From positions 96,001-160,000 of the forward strand of contig OY968762.1 of NCBI GenBank assembly GCA_963695225.1: a stretch of DNA of 64,000 nt, in the 5' to 3' direction. This document shows, piece after piece, positions 53,436 to 62,622 of the stretch. Each line of letters opens with the position of its first letter. Position 1 is the first letter of the stretch. Made by a program: the position numbers and the translations under genes. This DNA is from Vulcanimicrobiota bacterium (GTDB lineage: Bacteria > Vulcanimicrobiota > Vulcanimicrobiia > Vulcanimicrobiales > Vulcanimicrobiaceae). The notes under the pieces are model-generated. The model had not been told where the DNA came from. It worked only from the letters and a program-made list of their open reading frames with translations, and ran no database searches.

Positions 53436-53491
53436 GATGCGGTTATCCTTCGCAATTTTTTTCGCGGGCGCCGCAAACTCGCGGCCGCGAA

Positions 53492-54652
53492 TCAGGGCGG
53501 CGATTCCGCGCGACAGATGCGCGACCGCGCCGTCTCGCGGCCCGCTTGCACCGCGACGAGCGAGAAGCACGAGCGCGAGGGCGCACCCGAGGCCGTGAAG
53601 CCGATTTCCCCCGCGTCCGTCGGCAGCGTGCCGGTGCGGAGCGCGGCCAGCACGGTCGCGCGCGACGGCCCACCGCCCTCGGCCGCGGCGCGATCGAGGG
53701 CCGCAAGGGCGGTCTCGGCGGCGAGGTAGCCCTCCAGCGCCTCGTCGCTCGGCGCGACGCCCCAACGTGCATGGTACGCTTCGCGGGCGAGCGCCGCCCG
53801 GGGCGGATCGAATTGCGTGGCCGCTCCGATCCGGTCGTAGCGCTCGCCCGTCGCGGGCGGGGCGTAGCCGCGGCGCTCCATGCTCCGCAACTGGTCGACG
53901 GAGAGCACGGCCGGTGCGGCGTCGCGTGGGACGAGGAACGTCCCGCGCCCGAGCGGCGCCGCGTAGAGCACCGCGCCGGCCGGCACCGGCGGCCCCGGGG
54001 CCGGGCCGAACGCGCTCGCGAACCCGGCGGCGACCTCGCGGCTCCTCTCGTCGTCGCGGTCGAGCACCTGCACGCTGCGGTACCCGCGCTCTCGGGCGAG
54101 CGCGCCCGCGACCGCGCCCTCGGCGAAGTCGCTGGGGGCGATGCGGAACACGAAAGGAGCGCCGCGCGTGGAGGGCGCGTTCGAGGCCCCGAGCGCGACG
54201 AGCGGGAGCCCGCTCTCGGCTGCGACAGGGGCCTCCGCGGACGCGACGTTCGCGCGCAGCCCGCCGACGACCGCCAGGATCCGCGGATCGGCTGCAAACT
54301 CGCGCACGATCGCGGCGGCGTGCTCGGGATCGTCGACGTTGTCCAGGCCTTCGTCTTGGTGCGGGTTCTCGTGCCCGCCCCGCGACGTGTCGCGCACGAC
54401 GGCCGAGACGCGCACGTGCGCGTGTACGGCGTTCCAGCGCTCGAGCGCGAGTTGCACGCCTTGCCACGCGGCGAGCCCGTCCGCGCCGTCGTCGCCGGCG
54501 AGCGGAAGCTCGACGCCGAGCCTCGCTTCAAACGGCGGCGGCGAGCTTGTCCCGAGGGCTTGCGCGCCGCAGGCGAAGAATGCGGCCGCGAGCAGCAGCG
54601 CGAACGGGGCGCTCCGCCGCGGCGCTCGGATTACCTCGCCGGGCCGATCCAC
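53492..54652 (-). CDS. Periplasmic binding protein type 1 (LivK-like), divergent
   Basis: Signal peptide, LGVELPLAG, ILAVVGGL, PFVFRIAPSD; start uncertain (GTG 54652). Confidence 0.7.
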   Translation of the reverse strand: MDRPGEVIRAPRRSAPFALLLAAAFFACGAQALGTSSPPPFEARLGVELPLAGDDGADGLAAWQGVQLALERWNAVHAHVRVSAVVRDTSRGGHENPHQDEGLDNVDDPEHAAAIVREFAADPRILAVVGGLRANVASAEAPVAAESGLPLVALGASNAPSTRGAPFVFRIAPSDFAEGAVAGALARERGYRSVQVLDRDDERSREVAAGFASAFGPAPGPPVPAGAVLYAAPLGRGTFLVPRDAAPAVLSVDQLRSMERRGYAPPATGERYDRIGAATQFDPPRAALAREAYHARWGVAPSDEALEGYLAAETALAALDRAAAEGGGPSRATVLAALRTGTLPTDAGEIGFTASGAPSRSCFSLVAVQAGRETARSRICRAESPP

Positions 54653-56034
54653 ACGGTCTGCAGGTTCATGAATTCGCGCATGCCGATGTCGGAAAGCTCG
54701 CGTCCGTGACCGCTCAGCTTCACGCCGCCGAACGGCAGGCGGGGATCGGAGGCGGTCATCCCGTTGATGAAGACGGCGCCCGTCTCGATTTGCGCCGCGA
54801 TCGCCTCGCCGCGCGCGACGTCGCGCGTCCATACGTTCCCGCCGAGACCGTACGGCGACGCGTTCGCGAGATCGATCGCATGCGCTTCGTCGTTCGCGCG
54901 GATCACCGCCGCCGCTGGCCCGAACGTCTCCTCGGTGAAGACCGGCATCGCGCGCGTCACGTCGGCGAGGATCGTCGGCTCGTAGTACGCGCCCGGGCCT
55001 TCGACGCGCTTAGCGCCGAGCAGCGTGCGTGCGCCCATCCCGATCGATTCGTGAATCTGGCGCTCGATTTCGTCGCGCAGATCCGGGCGCGCGAGCGGCC
55101 CGAGTTGCGTTGCGCGATCGAGCGGATCCCCGATGCGCAGCGCGCGCGCGTGACGAACGAACGCTTCGCAGAACGCATCGTAGACGGAGGTTTGCACGAT
55201 GAAGCGCTTCCCCGCGATGCAACTCTGCCCGTTGTTCTGAAAACGCGCGCGCACCGCCGTCTGCGCCGCCGCGTCGATATCGGCATCGGCGAGGACGATG
55301 AACGCGTCCGATCCGCCGAGCTCTAGGACGGTCTTCTTGAGATACCGGCCGGCTTGCGCGGCGACGGCGCTCCCGGCCGCTTCGCTTCCCGTAAGCGTGA
55401 CCGCGGCGATCCGCTCGTCGGCGATCACGTCGTCCATGTCCTTCCCGGAGACGAGGATCGTCGAGAAGGCGCCTTCCGGGAGCCCGCATTCTCTAAAGAT
55501 CTTTTCGATTTCGAGCGCGCAGCCCGTCACGTTCGCCGCGTGCTTGAGAATCCCGACGTTTCCGGCCATGAGGGCGGGTGCCGCGAACCGAAAGACCTGC
55601 CAGTACGGATAGTTCCAAGGCATGATCGCGAGCACCACGCCGAGCGGGCGGTAAGCGACGTAACTCCGGGTCGCGGCCGATGCGATCTCCTCGCTCGCGA
55701 GGATGCGCTCGGCGTTTTCGGCATAATACGTGCACGCCGTCGTGCACTTTTCGACCTCCGCCTCCGCCTCGACGATCGGTTTCCCCATCTCGAGCGAAGC
55801 GATCTTCGCGATCTCGTGCTTGTGCGCGCGCAGGTACGCGACGACACGCTGCAACGTGGCTGCGCGCTCGGCGAACGAGGTCGTTCGCCAGGCGGCGAAT
55901 GCGCCGCGCGCGGCATCGAGCGTGCGATCGACTTCGTCGGAATCGTGCGAGCCGTACGTCGCCAGGCGCTCGCCGGTGGCGGGGTTCGTCGTCTCGATCA
56001 TCCCGGCGCGCCGGGGGGAAGCGGTAGTGTGCAT
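54631..56034 (-). CDS. NAD(P)-dependent succinate-semialdehyde dehydrogenase-like aldehyde dehydrogenase
   Basis: NPATGE, AIMPWNYP, LKHA, TLTGS, LELGGSD, NNGQSCIA, EETFGP, PFGGVK; alternative ATG at 56001. Confidence 0.92.
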   Translation of the reverse strand: MHTTASPRRAGMIETTNPATGERLATYGSHDSDEVDRTLDAARGAFAAWRTTSFAERAATLQRVVAYLRAHKHEIAKIASLEMGKPIVEAEAEVEKCTTACTYYAENAERILASEEIASAATRSYVAYRPLGVVLAIMPWNYPYWQVFRFAAPALMAGNVGILKHAANVTGCALEIEKIFRECGLPEGAFSTILVSGKDMDDVIADERIAAVTLTGSEAAGSAVAAQAGRYLKKTVLELGGSDAFIVLADADIDAAAQTAVRARFQNNGQSCIAGKRFIVQTSVYDAFCEAFVRHARALRIGDPLDRATQLGPLARPDLRDEIERQIHESIGMGARTLLGAKRVEGPGAYYEPTILADVTRAMPVFTEETFGPAAAVIRANDEAHAIDLANASPYGLGGNVWTRDVARGEAIAAQIETGAVFINGMTASDPRLPFGGVKLSGHGRELSDIGMREFMNLQTVWIGPAR

Positions 56035-56090
56035 GCCCGAGCCGTTTCACACGGCGCCGTCCAACTCTTTTTGCCCGCGGTGCTGGGCCC

Positions 56091-56241
56091 GCGTCCGGGG
56101 CGGGGCGAGGTTCCCCCGCGGGGACGCCCGAGATTTCGCATCCATGCGAAATCGCTACTCGTGCACTTGCCCGCTCCCGCCCTCCTGGCTCCGCGGGCAA
56201 GCTGCACGCCCCGCGGAGAAACCCCGCCCCGCCCCGGACGC
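56091..56241 (-). repeat. Structured dispersed repeat, copy 2
   Basis: Perfect 17-bp closing stem GCGTCCGGGGCGGGGCG/CGCCCCGCCCCGGACGC; same internal hairpins as 29507-29647. Confidence 0.8.
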
Positions 56242-56269
56242 TACCTGCATTCCACCTTAATCGACATGC

Positions 56270-57136
56270 TCACGATGACAGTTCGCCGGGCTCCAGGCCT
56301 AACTCGTGTTCTGCGGTTGCTCGTAGCGCGGCGCGGGGGACGAGGCCGATGAGCTCGCAACCTTCGACGGCGACGCCGGCCCTAGCGGCGAGGCCGCGGA
56401 CGAGCGCGAGGACCCGGTGCAGCGGCGTCGCCGCGGGGTCCGTGAGGTTGCATGAGATCTGCACTCGCCCGGCCGAAAGGCGCAGGCCGAGGACGCGCAG
56501 GGTGCGCAAGCCGCCGTCCCGCTCCCGGAGCGTTCGCGCGATTCTGCGCGCGAGCGCGAGATCGTCGCTCGCGAGCACGACGTTGAAGGCGACCAGCACG
56601 TCGCGCGCGCCGACGGCGATCGCCCCCGCGCTCGGATGGAACAGGCGGTCGCCGACGTCCGGCCGCTCGCCCGCGGCGGCGCGGGCGGCTAGGCCCTCGA
56701 ATTCGCCCCGCCGCACGTCCGCGAGGCTCCGCCGCTCGAGCGTTGCGGCGGCCGCCCCGTAGAGGAGCGAGGGCACGCCGCAGTCCGCCCAGATCGCCTC
56801 GGCCGCTTCGCGCGCGAGCGCCTCGGCGTCGGCAAGCGTCACGTTCGCGAGCGGGACGAACGGGAGGACGTCGAGCGCGCCGATCCGGGGGTGGACGCCG
56901 CGCCGCCGGCGGAGATCGATGCGCTCCGTCGTCACGCGCGCGAGCGCGACGGAGGCGGCGATCAGCTCCCGCGGCCCTCCGAAGCACGTGAAGACGCTGC
57001 GATCGTGGTCCGCGTCGCTCGACCAATCGGCGACGACCGCGCCCGCCCCGGCGAGCGCGGCGACGCACGCTTCGATCGTCTGCGGATCGGTGCCCTCGCT
57101 GACGTTCGGAACGCATTCGAAAAGCGCGCGTGTCAT
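56270..57136 (-). CDS. ftcD: Glutamate formimidoyltransferase
   Basis: ECVPNVSEG, DADHDRSV, IDLRR..GVHPRIGALDVLPFVP, RRGEFEGL, VGAR..LVAFNV, QISCNL. Confidence 0.9.
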   Translation of the reverse strand: MTRALFECVPNVSEGTDPQTIEACVAALAGAGAVVADWSSDADHDRSVFTCFGGPRELIAASVALARVTTERIDLRRRRGVHPRIGALDVLPFVPLANVTLADAEALAREAAEAIWADCGVPSLLYGAAAATLERRSLADVRRGEFEGLAARAAAGERPDVGDRLFHPSAGAIAVGARDVLVAFNVVLASDDLALARRIARTLRERDGGLRTLRVLGLRLSAGRVQISCNLTDPAATPLHRVLALVRGLAARAGVAVEGCELIGLVPRAALRATAEHELGLEPGELSS

Positions 57137-57138
57137 AT

Positions 57139-58461
57139 CTAGCCGAGGGCCTCGGCGATAGCCCGGCCGACGTCGGGCGCGCCGGAGGGACCGAGGACGC
57201 GCGCGAACCCGAGCCGCTCCGCTTCGGCCCTGCGGCGCAGGCTCTGCGAGACGGCGCGAACTTCCCCCGATAGGCCGAGTTCCCCGAAGACGGCCAGACG
57301 CGGGTCGAGGGCGACGCCGCGAAACGCCGAGGCGATCGCGAGCGCGATACCGAGGTCGGCGGCGGGTTCGGTCACGCGCAATCCGCCGGCGACGGAGGCG
57401 TAGACGTCGAACGTCCCGAGCTGCATCCCGGCCCGCCGTTCGAGGACGGCGAGGATCATCGCGAGCCGGGCGGGATCGAGGTTCGCGGCGAGCCGGCGCG
57501 GGGTCGAGTACGAAGTCTCGCCGACGAGCGCCTGGATCTCGACCAGGACGGGGCGCGAACCGACGATGCTCGCGACCACGCACGAACCGCTGGCGCGTTC
57601 GCCGTGGTGAGCCGCCCGGCCGAGGAAGAGCTGCGAGGGGTTGCGGACCTCGTGCAAACCGCGCTCGCCCATCGAGAAGACGCAGATCTCGTCGGCGCTT
57701 CCGAACCGGTTCTTGTGCGCCCGCACGATCCGGTATTCGGAGCCGCCCTCGCCCTCGAAGTAGAGCACCGTGTCGACGAGATGCTCGAGCAGACGCGGAC
57801 CCGCGATCGCGCCGTCTTTCGTGACGTGCCCGACGATGAACGTCGCGCAATCGGTCCGCTTCGAGAATTCCATGAAGGCGGCGGTGCAATCTCGCACCTG
57901 CGCGACGCTGCCCGCGTACGATTCGACCTCCGGGAGCGCCATCGTTTGGATCGAGTCGACGATCAGCAGATGCGGTTTCACGCGCTCGAGCGCGTCGAGG
58001 ATCGCCCGCACGTTCGTCTCGGCGAACAGCAAGAGGTCGTCTCCGGCCCCCAGGCGCTCCGCCCGCAGCTTCGTCTGCGCCGCCGACTCCTCGCCGCAGA
58101 CGTACACGGCCGGGCCCGCGTTCGAGAACGCGGCGGCGAGCTGCAGGAGAAGCGTCGATTTCCCGGCTCCGGGCGGTCCGCCGAGCAGAACGAGGCTGCC
58201 CGGCACGACGCCGCCGCCGAGGACCGCATCGAATTCCGCGAAGCCCGTCGGGACGCGCGCCGTCCGGCCCAGCGGGATATCGCGGAGCCGGACGGGGCCG
58301 CTCGCCGTTTCGCCGCGATGCCGCCGAGCGGGGGCGGTGCGCGGAGGCACCGGGGCCTCAGCGAACGTGTTCCATGCCTCGCAAGCGGGGCAGCGGCCGA
58401 GCCATCGTGCCGATTCATGACCGCACGCCGAACAGAAGAAGAGGGACTTCGCCTTCGCCAT
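57139..58461 (-). CDS. radA: DNA repair protein RadA/Sms
   Basis: CSACG..WLGRCPAC zinc finger, GPPGAGKSTL, GEES, GHVTKDG, KNRFG, GELGLSGEVR. Confidence 0.95.
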   Translation of the reverse strand: MAKAKSLFFCSACGHESARWLGRCPACEAWNTFAEAPVPPRTAPARRHRGETASGPVRLRDIPLGRTARVPTGFAEFDAVLGGGVVPGSLVLLGGPPGAGKSTLLLQLAAAFSNAGPAVYVCGEESAAQTKLRAERLGAGDDLLLFAETNVRAILDALERVKPHLLIVDSIQTMALPEVESYAGSVAQVRDCTAAFMEFSKRTDCATFIVGHVTKDGAIAGPRLLEHLVDTVLYFEGEGGSEYRIVRAHKNRFGSADEICVFSMGERGLHEVRNPSQLFLGRAAHHGERASGSCVVASIVGSRPVLVEIQALVGETSYSTPRRLAANLDPARLAMILAVLERRAGMQLGTFDVYASVAGGLRVTEPAADLGIALAIASAFRGVALDPRLAVFGELGLSGEVRAVSQSLRRRAEAERLGFARVLGPSGAPDVGRAIAEALG

Positions 58462-58507
58462 CGCGTGCGAGCTTTAGCGGCGGCGGAGAGAACTCCGTCC
58501 GGCGGCG

Positions 58508-59347
58508 TTACGAGGCCACCGCGGACCTCCCGCCGCGGCCGAGCGCCCGGTCGAGCGCCTTACGGTCGCGCGCTCCTTGGAGTTCGGAGGCGAGCTTTAT
58601 CGCTTCATCTATGGACAGCGACGGCGAGCTTCCCTTCGGCGCTGCCGGCGGCGGGGCGGCGGGCACCGCGGAAGCTGCTGCGGAAACGGCTGCGGAAGCC
58701 GCTGCGGAGGCCGCTGCCGAGAGCAGCGCTTCGCTCGGGCTCGTGTCGACGAAGAGGAAGCCCGGGGGCACGTCCGTCTGATCGAACGGGTTCGTGAGAT
58801 CGGCCAGCCGCGTCCTCGCACCGGAGCGCGGCGCGCCGGCGACCGAGGGCGCGGGCGGTCGCGACGGGAAGCGGCGGATCGGGGTCGGCTCGTCCGCGCC
58901 GTCCTCGACGTCGTCGCCGTACGAGGGGTCCCAGGTCGGGAAGAAGGGCTCGTCCGAGTGGGGCTCGGGGGACTTCGCGGCTGAAGCCTTGGACGGCACG
59001 GCGCGAAGCTTCGGAACCTTGGGCCCGGGGCGTTTGACGGCGGAGAGGCGCTCGCGGGTCGCGGCGGCTGCGGCGGAGGCGCCGCGCCCGATCTGCGCTG
59101 CCCCTCGGCCTACCGTCGTAAAGAACTTGTCGATAGCCCAGAAGACGAGGCCGACGGCGAGGAAGACGGCGAGCGCGCAAGCGAGCCCGAGGACCCCTAC
59201 GGCGACTTCATACGGAACGCCCATCGCCTGCAGGTTGCGTAGACTCGGAATGAAGAGTTTCGGTGCTGCATGAGTCGCCGCAGCCAAAGACGGCGACACC
59301 GCGCTATAAACGCCGGAGGCGTGGTCTCCTAGATTTTTGGTCATCAT
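58508..59347 (-). CDS. Hypothetical single-pass membrane protein with a low-complexity tail
   Basis: One long hydrophobic segment followed by Ala/Pro-rich region; fills the intergenic space. Confidence 0.6.
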   Translation of the reverse strand: MMTKNLGDHASGVYSAVSPSLAAATHAAPKLFIPSLRNLQAMGVPYEVAVGVLGLACALAVFLAVGLVFWAIDKFFTTVGRGAAQIGRGASAAAAATRERLSAVKRPGPKVPKLRAVPSKASAAKSPEPHSDEPFFPTWDPSYGDDVEDGADEPTPIRRFPSRPPAPSVAGAPRSGARTRLADLTNPFDQTDVPPGFLFVDTSPSEALLSAAASAAASAAVSAAASAVPAAPPPAAPKGSSPSLSIDEAIKLASELQGARDRKALDRALGRGGRSAVAS

Positions 59348-59497
59348 CCGTCCTTAGATCCGTAAGCGATCCATCGCAGACGCCTTACGTAGAGCATCGT
59401 CCACCGCGGCCGGCGAAGCAAGCGTCTTATGTCAATTTCGTGCAAAGTCGGCGAAAACATGAGCTAGGTCACGCTCTGTCCAACCTAACGGCCCGGG

Positions 59498-60172
59498 ATG
59501 CTGGAGTACGCTCACGTTGCGATCGATGGCCCGGTCGCGAGCGGTAAGACGACCGTCGCGCGGGCCTTAGCGAGACACCTGGGATTTCTCTATCTCGACA
59601 CCGGTGCGATGTACCGCGGCCTCGCCGCGTTGGCCCTGCGCGCGGGGGCGAGCGTGACGGATGAAACGGCGCTGCTCGAGTTGGCGCGCGAACACCCGAT
59701 CGCGGTCCACCCCGACGCGGCGGCGCCGCTCGGGTTCCGAGTGTTCGCAGGGGCGCGGGAGCTCGGCGGGGAGCTCTTCTCGAACGACGTGAGCACGGTC
59801 GTTTCGGCGGTCGCGATGCACCCCAAAGTTCGTGCCGAGATGGTGGACCGGCAGCGCGCGATCGCCGCAGAAGGGCCCGTCGTGATGGCCGGGCGCGATA
59901 TCGGAACGGTCGTGCTCCCGCACGCCCGGGTGAAAGTCTTCTTGACCGCGACCGTCGACGCGCGGGTGAGGCGCAGGCTCGCGGAACTCGGCGGTGCCGG
60001 CATCGCGGTCGATCCGAACGTCCTGCGCGTTCAAATCGCCGAACGGGACCGGCTCGACCGGACGCGCGAGGTCTCGCCGTTGCATGCGGCCGATGATGCC
60101 GTCGTGATCGACTCGAGCGAGCTGACGGTCGACGAGGTCGTCGCCCGGATCGCCGCGCTGGTCGAGCGATGA
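59498..60172 (+). CDS. cmk: Cytidylate kinase
   Basis: AIDGPVASGKTT, YLDTGAMYR, GRDIGTVV, KVFLTA, IDSS. Confidence 0.95.
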   Translation: MLEYAHVAIDGPVASGKTTVARALARHLGFLYLDTGAMYRGLAALALRAGASVTDETALLELAREHPIAVHPDAAAPLGFRVFAGARELGGELFSNDVSTVVSAVAMHPKVRAEMVDRQRAIAAEGPVVMAGRDIGTVVLPHARVKVFLTATVDARVRRRLAELGGAGIAVDPNVLRVQIAERDRLDRTREVSPLHAADDAVVIDSSELTVDEVVARIAALVER

Positions 60173-60804
60173 ACGTCGTCTACCCGATCGTGCGGAACAC
60201 GTGCCGGGGGGCCTTCCTCACGCTGTGGCGGATGCGCATCATCGGGGAAGAGAACGTGCCCCGGACGGGTCCCTTGATCGTCGCCGCAAACCACGTCTCG
60301 AACCTCGATCCGCCCGTGCTCGGCGCCGCGCTACCGCGGCCGATATACTATATGGCCAAGGCCGAGCTGTTCCGGATGCCGCTGCTCGGGCCGCTGATCG
60401 TCCAGTTGCGAGCGTTTCCGGTCGACCGGGCCAAAGGCGACGTCGCCGCGATCCGGCGAGCCGTCGAGGTGCTCAAGATGGGTGCCGCCGTGGGCATCTT
60501 CCCCGAGGGCGGCCGGAATCGCGAAGGGCGAAACCGAGTCCACAGCGGCGTTTCCCTGCTCGCCTCGCTCACCGGCGCTCCGGTCCTCCCGGTCTATATC
60601 GGGGGCACCAAGCGGCGTTTCGACCGCATCACGGTCGTCTTCGGAGAGCCGATGGCGTTCCCGGCGAGCGGGCGGCGCAGCGAGGCGATACTCTACGATG
60701 CCGCGGCGGCCGAGGCGTCGAAGAAAGCGAGGCGCGAAGATCTGGCGAAGTGGGCCGATGAGGTCATGGCGCGCATTTTGGCGCTGCGGGGGCAGATCGA
60801 GTGA
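60169..60804 (+). CDS. plsC: 1-acyl-sn-glycerol-3-phosphate acyltransferase
   Basis: NHVSNLDP, MAKAELF, FPVDR, IFPEG. Confidence 0.92.
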   Translation: MNVVYPIVRNTCRGAFLTLWRMRIIGEENVPRTGPLIVAANHVSNLDPPVLGAALPRPIYYMAKAELFRMPLLGPLIVQLRAFPVDRAKGDVAAIRRAVEVLKMGAAVGIFPEGGRNREGRNRVHSGVSLLASLTGAPVLPVYIGGTKRRFDRITVVFGEPMAFPASGRRSEAILYDAAAAEASKKARREDLAKWADEVMARILALRGQIE

Positions 60805-61643
60805 TCATCAAGAAAGCGAAGACGCAAGGGTTCTGTTTCGGGGTCGCGATCACGGTGAAGAAGGCCGAAGAAGCCGTCGCCTCCGGCGCCAAGGTCACGA
60901 CCCTCGGACACGTCGTCCACAACCCGCAGATGGTCGCTTCGCTCGAAGAGAAGGGATTGCTCAACGCGCACTCGGTCGACGAGGTCGAGGACGGCGCGCT
61001 GTTCGTGCGTGCCCACGGCCTGACGACCGACGTATTCGAGAAGGCCAAGCAGAAGGGCCTTACGATCGTCGACGCGACCTGCCCGATGGTCACGAAGATC
61101 CACGTCCAGGCGGAGCGGCTGCGCGACGACGGCTACAAGATCGTCGTCATCGGCGATCCGAACCATCCGGAGGTCAAGGGGACGCTGAGCCACGTCCCCG
61201 GAGCCTGGTGCATCCAGCACGCCGCAGAGGTCGACGCGCTCCCGCGGGCAAGCCGGGTCGGCGTCGTGGTGCAGTCGACGTGGTCCGGCCCCGAGTTCAG
61301 CGAAATCGTGCGGCGCATGAGCCTGAAGTATTACGAGGTCCGCGCGGTCAACACGATCTGCACGGACACGCGCAATCGCCAATCCGAAGTCGAGGCGCTC
61401 GCGAAACAAGTCGAGGTGATGGTCGTCGTCGGCGGCAAGACCTCGGCGAACACGAAACATCTCGCCGAGCTGGCGGAACGGCACGGGGCGCGCTCGTACC
61501 ACATCGAAGGACCCGACGAGCTGCTTCCGGAGTGGTTCAGGGGCGTCGGTTCCGCTGGCCTCATGTCGGGCGCTTCGACTCCCGGATGGCTCGTCGAACA
61601 GGTCGAACGTCGAATGGAGGCGCTCAGTCGTCGAGCTAGCTAA
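60801..61643 (+). CDS. ispH: 4-hydroxy-3-methylbut-2-enyl diphosphate reductase
   Basis: GFCFGV, VHN, RAHG, DATCP, HPEV, NTIC..T..RQ, SAN, GASTP. Confidence 0.95.
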   Translation: MIIKKAKTQGFCFGVAITVKKAEEAVASGAKVTTLGHVVHNPQMVASLEEKGLLNAHSVDEVEDGALFVRAHGLTTDVFEKAKQKGLTIVDATCPMVTKIHVQAERLRDDGYKIVVIGDPNHPEVKGTLSHVPGAWCIQHAAEVDALPRASRVGVVVQSTWSGPEFSEIVRRMSLKYYEVRAVNTICTDTRNRQSEVEALAKQVEVMVVVGGKTSANTKHLAELAERHGARSYHIEGPDELLPEWFRGVGSAGLMSGASTPGWLVEQVERRMEALSRRAS

Positions 61644-61644
61644 C

Positions 61645-62622
61645 GTGTTCGAGGCGCACCTCGCGCGCGCCGTCGAGCGTCATCGTGGGTCCTCGGCCGT
61701 CGCCGAGATGATCCGGTATCACTTCGGTTATGACGGCCAGGGCAACGCCCGGCACGGGAAACGATTGCGCCCGCAGATGCTGATGCGGGCCGCGCTCGAA
61801 GAGGGCGGCCTCCTGGAGGCGTCGCTGGACGCCGCGGCGGCGATCGAGATCCTGCACAACTACTCGCTCGTCCACGACGACATCGAGGACGGCGACGAGG
61901 TGCGGCACGGCCGCACGACGATTTGGGCCCGGTACGGGGTCGCCCATGGGATCAACGCGGGCGACGCGATGTGCGCGATCAGCTATCTGACGCTGCTGCA
62001 CGCGGGCGACTACCTGCCGAGCGACCGGGTCACGAAGATGATGCACGTCCTGCACGACGCGAATCTCGCGATGTGCGACGGGCAGGCGCTGGATATCGGG
62101 TTCGAGCGCGCCGACGGCGTCACGATGGCGCAGTACTTGGCGATGATCGCCGGGAAGACGGCGGCGCTGTTCGGCGCGGCCTGCGAACTCGGGGCGCTTT
62201 CTGCCGGCGCGTCCGCCGAGCGGGTGACGGCCTATGGCGTTTTCGGCCGATACTATGGACGTGCGTTTCAAATCCGCGACGACGTGCTCGGCAGCTGGGG
62301 CGATCCGGACGTGACCGGTAAACCGAGCGGCGCCGACGTCGCGCGCCGCAAGTGGAGTTTCCCGGTCGTGTGGGCGCTTTCGCAGCCTCCCTCGCCGGAC
62401 CGCGATTTGGTAGCCGCGGCGTATGCGCGCGGGGCCGCGCTGCAGCCCGGCGACGTCGCTGCGGTCGTCGATGCGCTCGAGCGGCTCGGCGCGCGCCGGG
62501 CCGCCGACGACGCGCACGATCTCGCGCTCGCCGAAGCCGAACGCATCGCCGCCGAAGCCGGCATCGATCGGGGACGCTCCGTCCGCGAGCTGGTCCTGGA
62601 GGGTATCCGGCGTGTTGCGTAG
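61645..62622 (+). CDS. Polyprenyl diphosphate synthase (GGPP synthase-like)
   Basis: GKRLRP, HNYSLVHDDIED (FARM), INAGD, GQALD, KTAAL, FQIRDD (SARM). Confidence 0.92.
   Translation: MFEAHLARAVERHRGSSAVAEMIRYHFGYDGQGNARHGKRLRPQMLMRAALEEGGLLEASLDAAAAIEILHNYSLVHDDIEDGDEVRHGRTTIWARYGVAHGINAGDAMCAISYLTLLHAGDYLPSDRVTKMMHVLHDANLAMCDGQALDIGFERADGVTMAQYLAMIAGKTAALFGAACELGALSAGASAERVTAYGVFGRYYGRAFQIRDDVLGSWGDPDVTGKPSGADVARRKWSFPVVWALSQPPSPDRDLVAAAYARGAALQPGDVAAVVDALERLGARRAADDAHDLALAEAERIAAEAGIDRGRSVRELVLEGIRRVA

Noticed and set aside
54629..54633. TAATC overlap suggesting a second ATC start for the downstream binding protein
   Set aside because: An in-frame GTG at 54652 provides an ordinary alternative start
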